A stretch of DNA of 64,000 nt. Origin: Solirubrobacterales bacterium (GTDB lineage Bacteria > Actinomycetota > Thermoleophilia > Solirubrobacterales > 70-9). Under the pieces are notes generated by a model. The model worked only from the letters and a program-made list of their open reading frames with translations. It made no database searches and was not told the origin of the DNA. The DNA is taken from positions 5,915 through 69,914 of the forward strand of contig DATEDJ010000004.1 in NCBI GenBank assembly GCA_035281725.1. Reading direction: 5' to 3'. Positions 54,327 through 62,493 of the stretch are shown here, piece after piece (within the stretch, counting starts at the first letter, position 1; every line of letters begins with the position of its first letter). The translations under genes and the position numbers were made by a program.

Positions 54327-55576
54327 GTTCGGACCCGCCGCCGCCGCTCGCGCAGCGCCGTCAGCGGCGATCGATACTTCAGCGACATCGTCGGCCGCTC
54401 GATCAGATAGAAGGACGCGGCGGCGACCGGGATCGCGATCAGGAAGGTCAACACGGTGGTGACCAGGAAACCCTTTTCGGCCCCGGCGACACCGACGTCG
54501 ACGGTGATCGTCGTGCTCCAGAGGTAAAGGCTGTAGGAGATCATCCCGACCCACATCACCACCGGGTTGCCGAGCGAGCGCGCCGGCACACCCTTGTTCG
54601 GATCGGCGAAGCAGACCGGGATGAGCAGCAGCGCCCCCACCACCCCGGGGAGCAACTGCATCGCGATGTAGCCGCCCGGGCCGACCGGCGCGACCGTGAA
54701 CGGGGCAGGGAAGAGCGTCAGCACCTCGATCAGCCAGATCGCCCCGGCGGCGGCCCAGCAGGCCCCTGGGTGTTCGGCCGCCCAGCGCAGTGCCCCCGGC
54801 AACGCCTCCCGCCGGTTCTCCGCCGCGACCGAGATCACCGCCGCAGCGAGCCCCAGCCCGAGCCAGAAGAAGTGCCCGGCGAAGCTGAAGCGGAAGAGAA
54901 AGGCCTGGCGGACGTCGTTGTCGAAGGCCCCGATCACCACCGAAGCGGCGCAGAGCAGCGCCAGCAGGCCGAGCTCCAGCCGCACCCAGGAAGCCAGGCC
55001 GCGCCGCCTGGCCAACAGGCTGGTCACCGCCAGGTAGAGCGGCAGGATCAGGTAGAAGGTCATGTCCACGGTCAGGGTCCAGGACTGCGGCAGCCCGCAG
55101 CGATATCCCGGTTCGCCGATGCAGGCCTTGCTCGCGTTCGCCAGGTCGAGATAGAAGCCAAGGCTGTAGAAGGCGAACCAGTGATCGGAGAAGACGCCGA
55201 CCAGGCCCGGGACGATCGCCAGCACGGTCAGCGCCACCCAGTAGGCGGGGTAGATGCGGAGGATCCGCCGGCGGGCGTAGTCGGCCACCCCGGGCGAGGG
55301 CGGCCCGCCGGCACGGTGGGCGATCATCGGCCGGTAGAGCAGGAAGGCGGAGAGGAAGAAGAAGATCGCGACGGCGCCATCGAGGCGGACCATCAGTCGG
55401 TTCGGCAGCGAGCCGGTGAAGCCGCCGAAGCCGCCGGTGAAAAGCCAGGCGTGGCAGAGCATCACCGCGACGACGGAGAGCGCCCGGGCGCCCTCGGAGA
55501 GGGGGTAGCGCGGGTGGCGCGGCGGCGGTCCGGGGACCTCGCCCGGCGTCGTCCTGGTCGCCGTCTCCGTCGCCAT
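54317..55576 (-). CDS. Acyltransferase family 3 membrane protein (O-acyltransferase)
   Basis: The internal ATG at 55576 gives MATETATRTTPG...ALSVVAVMLCHAWLF. About 10 TMS. WSLTVDMTFYLILP fits the acyltransferase_3 pattern. 419 aa. Confidence 0.8.
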   Translation of the reverse strand: MATETATRTTPGEVPGPPPRHPRYPLSEGARALSVVAVMLCHAWLFTGGFGGFTGSLPNRLMVRLDGAVAIFFFLSAFLLYRPMIAHRAGGPPSPGVADYARRRILRIYPAYWVALTVLAIVPGLVGVFSDHWFAFYSLGFYLDLANASKACIGEPGYRCGLPQSWTLTVDMTFYLILPLYLAVTSLLARRRGLASWVRLELGLLALLCAASVVIGAFDNDVRQAFLFRFSFAGHFFWLGLGLAAAVISVAAENRREALPGALRWAAEHPGACWAAAGAIWLIEVLTLFPAPFTVAPVGPGGYIAMQLLPGVVGALLLIPVCFADPNKGVPARSLGNPVVMWVGMISYSLYLWSTTITVDVGVAGAEKGFLVTTVLTFLIAIPVAAASFYLIERPTMSLKYRSPLTALRERRRRVRTQA

Positions 55577-55578
55577 GC

Positions 55579-56112
55579 TCAGCTCTGCGAATGCGCAAAA
55601 GCGCTGACCAGGCTGACCTTGCAGGCGTTCAGACCGGCCTGGTTGGCGAGCGTCTGCTGGATCTGGCCTAGTTCGATCAGCTGCACTTCGATCGCGTGCG
55701 CTTCTTCGCTTTCCCCGGCCCGCCCCGCCCGCACCCGTTCTTCCAGCAGCGAGAGGATCGGGTCGAACATCCCGACGTAGCCGTCGAGCTGTGGCTCGCC
55801 ACCTTCCCCCCGGACTTCCCGCAGTTCGCGGGCGCTCTGTTCGACCACCGGCAGCGCCGGAGCGATCAGTGCCTCGGTGGTGAATTCGAGCGTGCTGTCG
55901 TACCGGGAGGGGTCGATGGTGAGAGCTTTGCGGCCGAGACGGTGCGCTTCGATCACCATCTGGGTGCAGATTGCGTCGGCTTCCTGCTTCTGCCGCGCCA
56001 CGGTCGCCGGCGAGACCGAGGCTGCGGTCAATTCGCTCGAGGTTCCCGCGCCGGACCCACAGCCCGCGAGCAGGAAGGCGACCACTGCGAGGGCGAGAGC
56101 GCTCCACTTCAT
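55579..56112 (-). CDS. Hypothetical lipoprotein (helical, two conserved Cys)
   Basis: 177 aa. MKWSALALAVVAFLLAGCGSG lipobox. Confidence 0.7.
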   Translation of the reverse strand: MKWSALALAVVAFLLAGCGSGAGTSSELTAASVSPATVARQKQEADAICTQMVIEAHRLGRKALTIDPSRYDSTLEFTTEALIAPALPVVEQSARELREVRGEGGEPQLDGYVGMFDPILSLLEERVRAGRAGESEEAHAIEVQLIELGQIQQTLANQAGLNACKVSLVSAFAHSQS

Positions 56113-57446
56113 ACGGGCGCCAGCCTATCCGCGCCGGACCTCACGACCAGGCGATCCCAGGCCCAGACGGCGCCCAGCGCGGCGAGCGTGATCAGGAACG
56201 GGTCGATCGGGATCCGCTGACGCGGCAGCCCGTTGATCGGTGCCGAGACGAGTAGGAGGAAGATCGGCACCAGCCAGAAGAAGACCGGGCCGGGCCGGAC
56301 CCGGACCGCGGCCGGCGACCCCCGCGTGGCGATCATCGCGCCGATGCCGATCAGCGCCAGAAGACCGACGATCGCCAGGCCGATCCGTTCGCTGGTCAGG
56401 TCGGCACTGCCGACGCCGCGGATGTTCACCTCCTCGCCATGCAGGCCGACCACCGAGCCGCCGGCGATCTCGAACATGCGGACCAGGTCCCAGCCGGTGA
56501 CCTTGAGGACGTAGCCCGGGTGGTCGGAGGCGAACGAGGTCGCGTTGTGGCGCAGTTCGGCGTCGAGCGTCGCTTCGTCGATCCCGCGCTTCCGGAAGAG
56601 CCCGGCGTCTTCGGGGACGATCCGTGGCGTGCGCCAACTCGCCGGGTGCGCCTCGTCACGGTAGGAGAGCTCGTTGTAAGTGCCCGCCATGGCGAAGCCG
56701 GTGCCGCTGGTGATCGGCACGAAGGTGTCGAATTCGACCGCGTTGCGGATCGTCCACGGGAGGACGGCGAGCACCATCACCGCCAATGCCAGGGCGGGCG
56801 CCGTGAGGGCGCGCCGGCTGAGCCGTGGGCGAAAAACCCAGAGACCGACCAGAACCGGGATCGCCAGCGCAGGCCCCGGATTGCGGGTCAGCGCGGCCAG
56901 TCCGCCGAGGAGGCCGGCCGCGGCCGCCCAACGCAGGTCTCGCCGACGGCGGTATTCGATCACGCAGAGCACGGTGCCGAGCTCGAGCGCGATGAACAAC
57001 GACTCGGAGAGGAGGTCACGGCTGAGCAGCACCAATGGTGGGAAGACCGCGGCGATCGCGGCGGCGACCAGCGCCGGCCGAGCCCCCCAGAGTCGCCGCA
57101 CCATCAGGTAGATCAGCCAGACCGCGAGGGCACCGAGCAAGGCGTTGGCAATCCGCCCCGCGGTGACGCTCTTGTCGGTGAACGAGTAGACGAATCCGAG
57201 GAAGTACGGGTAGCCGGGGGCGCGCAGGGCGCTGGGTCCGCCGTCAGCGGCGTAGTAGGAGGGCGGGAAGCCGTCGCCTTCGGCGATCGAACGAGCGTGG
57301 CGGTCGTAGTCCCAGGCGTCCTGCTGGGGGACATAGCCGGTGTCGGCGGCGATCACCGCGAGGCGGGCGAGCAAAGCGATCAAGACGATCGCCCAGATCG
57401 TCCCCCGGGTGCGAAAAGGGCCGCCCTCGCGGACGGCCCCTTTCAA
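56109..57446 (-). CDS. GT-C fold membrane glycosyltransferase (PMT_2 / ArnT / GT39-like)
   Basis: Polytopic. ...AADTGYVPQQDAWDYDRHARSIAEGDGF...YPYFLGFVY pattern of dolichyl/undecaprenyl-phosphate-sugar-dependent transferases. The listed start 57506 overlaps the upstream gene by 43 nt. The in-frame TTG at 57446 avoids the overlap. Confidence 0.78.
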   Translation of the reverse strand: MKGAVREGGPFRTRGTIWAIVLIALLARLAVIAADTGYVPQQDAWDYDRHARSIAEGDGFPPSYYAADGGPSALRAPGYPYFLGFVYSFTDKSVTAGRIANALLGALAVWLIYLMVRRLWGARPALVAAAIAAVFPPLVLLSRDLLSESLFIALELGTVLCVIEYRRRRDLRWAAAAGLLGGLAALTRNPGPALAIPVLVGLWVFRPRLSRRALTAPALALAVMVLAVLPWTIRNAVEFDTFVPITSGTGFAMAGTYNELSYRDEAHPASWRTPRIVPEDAGLFRKRGIDEATLDAELRHNATSFASDHPGYVLKVTGWDLVRMFEIAGGSVVGLHGEEVNIRGVGSADLTSERIGLAIVGLLALIGIGAMIATRGSPAAVRVRPGPVFFWLVPIFLLLVSAPINGLPRQRIPIDPFLITLAALGAVWAWDRLVVRSGADRLAPV

Positions 57447-57463
57447 ATCGGATGCGGTTGCCG

Positions 57464-58111
57464 CTACGGGCTCGTCGCGCAATTGACGGTCGCGGTAACC
57501 GTCCACGAGCTACCGGCCATACCCTGGATCTGCTCGGCCGCGGCGAGCCAGGAGTTCAGGTACTGGGTGCTCTCGGTGACGGTGGCCTGATTGTTGTTGG
57601 CCCCGCTGAGGATGAAGCCGCCGCCGGTGGGCACCTTGCCCGCGGGGCAGTTCGCGAAGCCGATGGTGGTGCCGACTTCGCCTTCGACGTGGACCTCGCC
57701 GCTCATCTTGCCTTCGGCGATGGATTTGGCCGAGTCGGCGGTGCCCTGCGCGGTTGCAGCGGCGGTTTTGGCCGCGTTGGCGGTCGCGAGAGCGGTGTCA
57801 GCGGTGGTTTTCGCCCCGTTGGCCGTCGTCTGTGCGGCGTTGGCGGCTTTCTGTGCGGCGGTTGCCGTGCTCTGGGCTTTATCGGCCGCGCTGTTGGCGG
57901 CAGTCGCCGCGCTCGCGGCCGAATTGGCGGTCGACTGGGCGGCGTTCGCGGTTTTCTGGGCCGCCTTAGCCTTCTTCAGGGCCTGGTTGGCGATCGATTG
58001 AACGCTTTTGGAGGCGCTGGCGAGTGGGTTGGTGGGTCCGCCCATGGCCGGAACGGCTAGCGCCAAGGCCAAGACGAGACTCAAACCTAGGACCGTGTAT
58101 CGCTTCTTCAT
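57464..58111 (-). CDS. Secreted Ala/Thr-rich coiled-coil-like protein with a C-terminal Cys-bounded beta domain
   Basis: 215 aa. Signal MKKRYTVLGLSLVLALALAVPAMG. About 100 aa of AxxAxxTAxxA repeats. C-terminus GFANCPAGKVPTGGGF...TVNCATSP. Confidence 0.7.
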   Translation of the reverse strand: MKKRYTVLGLSLVLALALAVPAMGGPTNPLASASKSVQSIANQALKKAKAAQKTANAAQSTANSAASAATAANSAADKAQSTATAAQKAANAAQTTANGAKTTADTALATANAAKTAAATAQGTADSAKSIAEGKMSGEVHVEGEVGTTIGFANCPAGKVPTGGGFILSGANNNQATVTESTQYLNSWLAAAEQIQGMAGSSWTVTATVNCATSP

Positions 58112-58200
58112 CTCTCCCCCAGACCCTGAACCAGGGCCCTGTCAGCTTTCGGATTTCAGGATTCCACCACAGGTTTCTCGGATAAGCAAGAGATTCCTGT

Positions 58201-58905
58201 TCACTCATTGACCAACCGTCCAGTCCCGAAAATTAGGTTGCTGCAGCGTTCTAATTCAAGGTTCTTGATCGCCTCTTCGACGTTCACGGTCGCCGCATCG
58301 ACCCGGCCCGCCGCAGCAGCGATTTCGGCCTTGTCGGCTTCACGCGAGGCGCGGGCCAACCCACCGGCTTCGATCTGGACTTCGAGCAGCGATTCGCGCA
58401 GCGGTTCGATCAGCTCGGAGCGGCCCGCCGGCGCGTCGAGGCGGCCCAGTTCCTGACGCCAGGCGCCCGCGACCCTGACCACGGAGTCGGCGTAGGCCGA
58501 GACCCCGGCCAGGTCGTGGGCGTTCAGCGCCTCCGCCTGGGCCTTTGCAACTTCGACCTTGTGGTGGACACAGGCGGCGTCCATCGCCTTGGTCAGGCCG
58601 TCCTGCGGGACGGTCGTTTCCTTGTCGGAGCCGAGCGCGACGAAGGCGACGACGGCGACGATCAGGGCAGCAAGAATTCCGGCGCTGACCAGGCGTGCCT
58701 TGCGGGTCGTGCCGATGATCCGGTTGAGGGATCTCCTGAAGCCGCCTTTCGGGACGCCGGAATCGCCGCCGGTCGCCGCGCCGCCATCGCCGCCCGACGT
58801 GTCCCCCGTCTCCGGCGCCTGCTCCTTGCGCGGCAGCTCCCGCCCACATGAGGCGCAGTAGCGCGAATCCTCCTCGTTCTCGGCGCCGCAGGTCGGGCAG
58901 AACAC
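58201..58905 (-). CDS. Zinc-ribbon domain membrane protein
   Basis: 234 aa. MFCPTCGAENEEDSRYCASCGRELP, one TM (LVSAGILAALIVAVVAFVAL), and an extracytoplasmic helical domain with two Cys. Confidence 0.75.
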   Translation of the reverse strand: MFCPTCGAENEEDSRYCASCGRELPRKEQAPETGDTSGGDGGAATGGDSGVPKGGFRRSLNRIIGTTRKARLVSAGILAALIVAVVAFVALGSDKETTVPQDGLTKAMDAACVHHKVEVAKAQAEALNAHDLAGVSAYADSVVRVAGAWRQELGRLDAPAGRSELIEPLRESLLEVQIEAGGLARASREADKAEIAAAAGRVDAATVNVEEAIKNLELERCSNLIFGTGRLVNE

Positions 58906-58959
58906 GGGCGCAAGCTAACCGATCGCGGCCGACCGAAAGGGTTCGGTTACCGTGTTGCG

Positions 58960-59646
58960 ATGGGTCCGGCAAGGAGAATGCTGATCGCCTTGGCGTCGGC
59001 AGGCGCGCTGCTCCTCGGCGCGCTGGCCGGATGCGGTGGATCAAGTACGAGTACGTCGTCGTCCACGAATTCGGGCACCACTGCGGACCGTGCTCCATAT
59101 AAAGGGAGCGAAGCGACGCCGTCCCTGGGGAGCGAGGCGACGCCGTCGCACGGCTCCCCCAAGAGGACGGGCGCCAAGCAGGCCGAGGACGTACCCCATC
59201 ACGCCGGGAAGGGGAACGACCGGAGCGGGAAGTCGGCCCCCGGGAACTCTTCAGGCGCCGGGGAATCTGCGACCGCCGGCGCCAACCAGGGCAAGGCGCC
59301 CGCGACCAAGTCCTCTGCCGGAGCGAAGCAGACGCCGACCGCCACTCCGGCGGCCGGACCGAAGCCAGCGAAGTCCCAGGACCAGGCCGGCAAGGGCTCC
59401 TCGAAGTGTGGCTCGAAGGAACGTTGCGCCCAGATCCAGGTCCACGAAGCCGAACAGTCAGGCGGCGCCACGCCGACCCCCGCCACCACCTGCCCGACTG
59501 GTATGAGCACGACGGAATGCGAAGCCATCGGCAAGGCGATCCAAGAAGGCGGCGGTACCGTCACCACCACGGTCGGCTGCCCGGCGGCGATGAGCGAAGC
59601 GGAATGCCAGCAGGTCGGCGAAGCCTACGAAGCGGCGACCAAATAG
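58960..59646 (+). CDS. Hypothetical lipoprotein, Ser/Thr/Ala/Gly/Lys-rich with a duplicated CP..MS..EC motif
   Basis: 228 aa. LLLGALAGCGGSS lipobox and a long low-complexity linker. C-terminus TTCPTGMSTTECEAIGKAI / VGCPAAMSEAECQQVGEAY. Confidence 0.65.
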   Translation: MGPARRMLIALASAGALLLGALAGCGGSSTSTSSSTNSGTTADRAPYKGSEATPSLGSEATPSHGSPKRTGAKQAEDVPHHAGKGNDRSGKSAPGNSSGAGESATAGANQGKAPATKSSAGAKQTPTATPAAGPKPAKSQDQAGKGSSKCGSKERCAQIQVHEAEQSGGATPTPATTCPTGMSTTECEAIGKAIQEGGGTVTTTVGCPAAMSEAECQQVGEAYEAATK

Positions 59647-59662
59647 CCGGCGCGTCGCGGTT

Positions 59663-60736
59663 CTAGCCGCGCGCCTCGACCGTCGCCGCGGTCTCGGCGA
59701 GGCGGTCGACCAGGTGGGCGAAGGCTTCGACGCCGGAGGAGTCGGCGGCGGACTTGCCGTAGCCGCCGGCCGCCATCCGGGCGAGGACGCCCTCGAGGAT
59801 GATCGCCAGCTTCCAGTAGCCGAGGGCGAGGTAGAAGTCGAGTTCGGAGAGGTCGCGGCCGGAGGCCTCGGCGTAGCGGGCGGCGAGCTCGGGGCGGGTC
59901 GGGAAGCCGGGAGCGAGGTTGGCGGGTTCGCCGAAGCGGAGGGCCGGCTCGCCGCGCTGCGGCCAGTAGGCCATCAGCGTGCCGACGTCGGCGAGCGGGT
60001 CGCCGAGCGTGCAGAGCTCCCAGTCGACCACCGCGGCGACCTTGCCGCCCTCGCTCAGGATCATGTTGTCGAGGCGGTAGTCGCCGTGGACGATCGAGGC
60101 GCCCTGCTGGGCCGGGATGCGGGCGGCGAGGCGCTCGTGCACGCGGTCGACGGCGGCCACCTCGCGGGTCTTCGACTTCTCCCACTGGCCGTACCAGCGG
60201 CGCAGCTGGCGGGCGACGTAATCCTCCTTGCGGCCGAGGTCGCCGAGCCCGATCGCATCGGGGTCGACGGCGTGGATCGCGGCCAGGGTGTCGGCGACGC
60301 GCATCCCGATCTGGCGCCGCTCGCCCTCCTCGGGGAAGGCCTCCTCGGTCTCCGCGACGCCGCGCAGGACCGGACCGCGGACGAACTCCATCACGTAGAA
60401 GGGGGCTCCGTTGACGGCCTCGTCCTCGCATAGCCCGACCGCCGGCGGCACCGGCACGGGGGTACCCCCGAGGGCCGAGACGACCCTGAACTCGCGCCCC
60501 ATGTCGTGGGCCGAGGAGAGGGTCTTGCCGAGCGGCGGGCGGCGCAGCGCCCACTCGTGCCCGGCGGCGTCGGTGACCCGGTAGGTGAGGTTGGAGAGGC
60601 CGCCCGCGATCCGCTCGTAGGCCAGCGGCGCCCGCGCCTCAGGCACGTGTGCCTCGAACCATGCCGCCATCCCCGGCGCGTCGATGCCGTCGACGGGTGC
60701 AGAGCCGTCGGCTTGGCCTGTAGCCTCGTCCCCCAT
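59663..60736 (-). CDS. Phosphotransferase-family protein (APH/choline kinase fold, acyl-CoA-dehydrogenase-associated type)
   Basis: The internal ATG at 60736 gives MGDEATGQADG.... GGLSNLTYRVTD, IVHGDYRLDNMIL (catalytic loop), VVDWELCTLGDPLAD. 357 aa. Confidence 0.85.
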   Translation of the reverse strand: MGDEATGQADGSAPVDGIDAPGMAAWFEAHVPEARAPLAYERIAGGLSNLTYRVTDAAGHEWALRRPPLGKTLSSAHDMGREFRVVSALGGTPVPVPPAVGLCEDEAVNGAPFYVMEFVRGPVLRGVAETEEAFPEEGERRQIGMRVADTLAAIHAVDPDAIGLGDLGRKEDYVARQLRRWYGQWEKSKTREVAAVDRVHERLAARIPAQQGASIVHGDYRLDNMILSEGGKVAAVVDWELCTLGDPLADVGTLMAYWPQRGEPALRFGEPANLAPGFPTRPELAARYAEASGRDLSELDFYLALGYWKLAIILEGVLARMAAGGYGKSAADSSGVEAFAHLVDRLAETAATVEARG

Positions 60737-62027
60737 CTCCGCGGAAGCATATTCACGCAGAGGCCGGCGCCTCAGTCCATCGCTAGCCAATCGCCTCCGG
60801 ATCGGCTTCGCGATCGCCTTCGCCGTACTCACGGCGGCGGCCGTGATCGGCGTCGGCCACTTCATCGCCGAACGTCAGAACTACGAGAGCTCGATCGAAC
60901 GCTCCTACCAGACGGAGATGCAGGCGCGGGTCGAAATCGCCGAAGGGAACGGCGGGCGGGCGGCGCGGCGGACGATCTCCCGCGAGGAAGCCAACCGGGC
61001 CGAGCTGCGCAACTCGATCTCCGACGACACGCGCAACACCGCGATCCTCGTCGGCGGCGGCTTGATCGCCGGGCTGATCGGGGCGCTCCTCCTCTTCACC
61101 GGGCTGATCGCCTCGATGCGCCGGCCGCTCGAGCAGCTCGTCGACGCGGCCGGCCGGCTCGCCGCCGGGGACCGCTCCACCCGGGTCGAGGTCGGCGGCC
61201 TCTCGGAGACCGCGACGCTCGGCAAAGCGTTCAACGAGATGGCCTCGGAACTCGAGCTCGAGGCTGCCGAGCGCGACCGGCTCGACCGGATGAAAGACGA
61301 GTTCGTGCTCACCGCCTCGCACGAGCTGCGCAGCCCGCTGACCTCGGTCCAGGGCTTCGCCGAGCTCTTGATGCTGGAGCGCGACTCGCTCACCGAGCGG
61401 CAAGTGGAGACGGTCGAGATCATCCTCGACAACTGCCGCCACCTGGTGCGGCTGCTGAACGACCTGCTCGATCTGGCCCGCTCCGATGCCGGGCGATTGA
61501 CGATCCGGGCGCGGCCGACCCAGCTGACGCCGCTGATCGAAGACGTGGTGCGGACGATGCGGGCGCAGACCGACAACTCCGCGCAGACGCTGGTCGAGAG
61601 GATCGAGCCGAATCTCCCCGTGGTCGAGGTCGAGCCTGACCGCATTCGCCAAATATTGGTGAACCTGCTTACGAATGCGCATGAGTACTCGCCCGAACGC
61701 GCGTCTATCCAGGTGACCGCGCGAGTAGCCGATGGTGGAGTAGAGATCGACGTGACCGATAACGGCCCCGGGATACCCTCTGCACAGTTGGAACACATCT
61801 TTGAGCGATTTGTCCGCGGCGACGCGGGATTGACCCAGCGCGTCGGCGGCACCGGGCTCGGCCTGGCGATCTCCAAGTCGCTGGTCGAGCTGCACGGCGG
61901 CACGATCTCGGTCGACTCCGAGGTCGGCCGCGGCTCGAACTTCAAGGTGGTGCTGCCGGTCGCCCCTCCCGGGGCGGTCGAGGCGCCGCACTCCGGCCCC
62001 CGCGCGATCGCCGAAGGTCCGCGATGA
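60684..62027 (+). CDS. Sensor histidine kinase (TM-HAMP-HisKA-HATPase)
   Basis: 447 aa. FVLTASHELRSPLTSVQGF (H-box), NLLTNAHEYSP (N-box), DNGPGIP, GTGLGLAISKSLVELHGG. Its 5' end overlaps the divergent 60736 start by 53 nt. No alternative in-frame start exists before the first TM. Confidence 0.88.
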   Translation: MPSTGAEPSAWPVASSPISAEAYSRRGRRLSPSLANRLRIGFAIAFAVLTAAAVIGVGHFIAERQNYESSIERSYQTEMQARVEIAEGNGGRAARRTISREEANRAELRNSISDDTRNTAILVGGGLIAGLIGALLLFTGLIASMRRPLEQLVDAAGRLAAGDRSTRVEVGGLSETATLGKAFNEMASELELEAAERDRLDRMKDEFVLTASHELRSPLTSVQGFAELLMLERDSLTERQVETVEIILDNCRHLVRLLNDLLDLARSDAGRLTIRARPTQLTPLIEDVVRTMRAQTDNSAQTLVERIEPNLPVVEVEPDRIRQILVNLLTNAHEYSPERASIQVTARVADGGVEIDVTDNGPGIPSAQLEHIFERFVRGDAGLTQRVGGTGLGLAISKSLVELHGGTISVDSEVGRGSNFKVVLPVAPPGAVEAPHSGPRAIAEGPR

Positions 62028-62398
62028 CCAGGGTTCTCGTCGCCGACGATTCCGAGACGATCTTGCTGCTGATGCGGACGCGGCTTGAATTGGCGGGCTA
62101 CCAGGTGGAAACCGCCGCCGACGGCCAGGAGGTGACCGAGCGGGTCGACCCGAGCGCCGACGACGGCCCGGATCTGTTGCTGCTCGACGCGATGATGCCG
62201 CGCAAATCGGGGATCGACGCGCTGCGCGAGCTGCGCGCCGCCGGGCTCGAAACCCCGGCCCTGATCGTCAGCGCCCACCAGAACCCGAGCGACGCCGACG
62301 CCCCCACCGACCTCGAGATCAGCGGCTACGTGACCAAGCCGATCGATTTCGACCTCCTGCTCGGCGCCGTCGCCGAATTGACCGCCAAAGCGGCCTAG
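62024..62398 (+). CDS. Single-domain response regulator (CheY-like receiver)
   Basis: 124 aa. RVLVADDSETILLL...LLLLDAMMPRKSG...GYVTKP. ATGA overlap with the kinase stop. Confidence 0.9.
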   Translation: MTRVLVADDSETILLLMRTRLELAGYQVETAADGQEVTERVDPSADDGPDLLLLDAMMPRKSGIDALRELRAAGLETPALIVSAHQNPSDADAPTDLEISGYVTKPIDFDLLLGAVAELTAKAA

Positions 62399-62407
62399 CC
62401 CCCGCAG

Positions 62408-62454
62408 GCGCGGTCGACCTAACCGGCGGTATCGGTGGGTTAGGACGACCGCGC
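62408..62454. repeat. Hairpin family D, single copy (17-bp stem with 1 mismatch, 13-nt loop ggcggtatcggtg)
   Basis: gcgcggtcgacctaacc (62408-62424) pairs with ggttaggacgaccgcgc (62438-62454). The stem is homologous to the 34126-34259 repeats. It begins 10 nt after the response-regulator stop and probably also acts as a terminator. Confidence 0.8.
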
Positions 62455-62493
62455 CGCCCTCAAGTTCTTCGGGCGGGCGCCGATAGACGGCCC

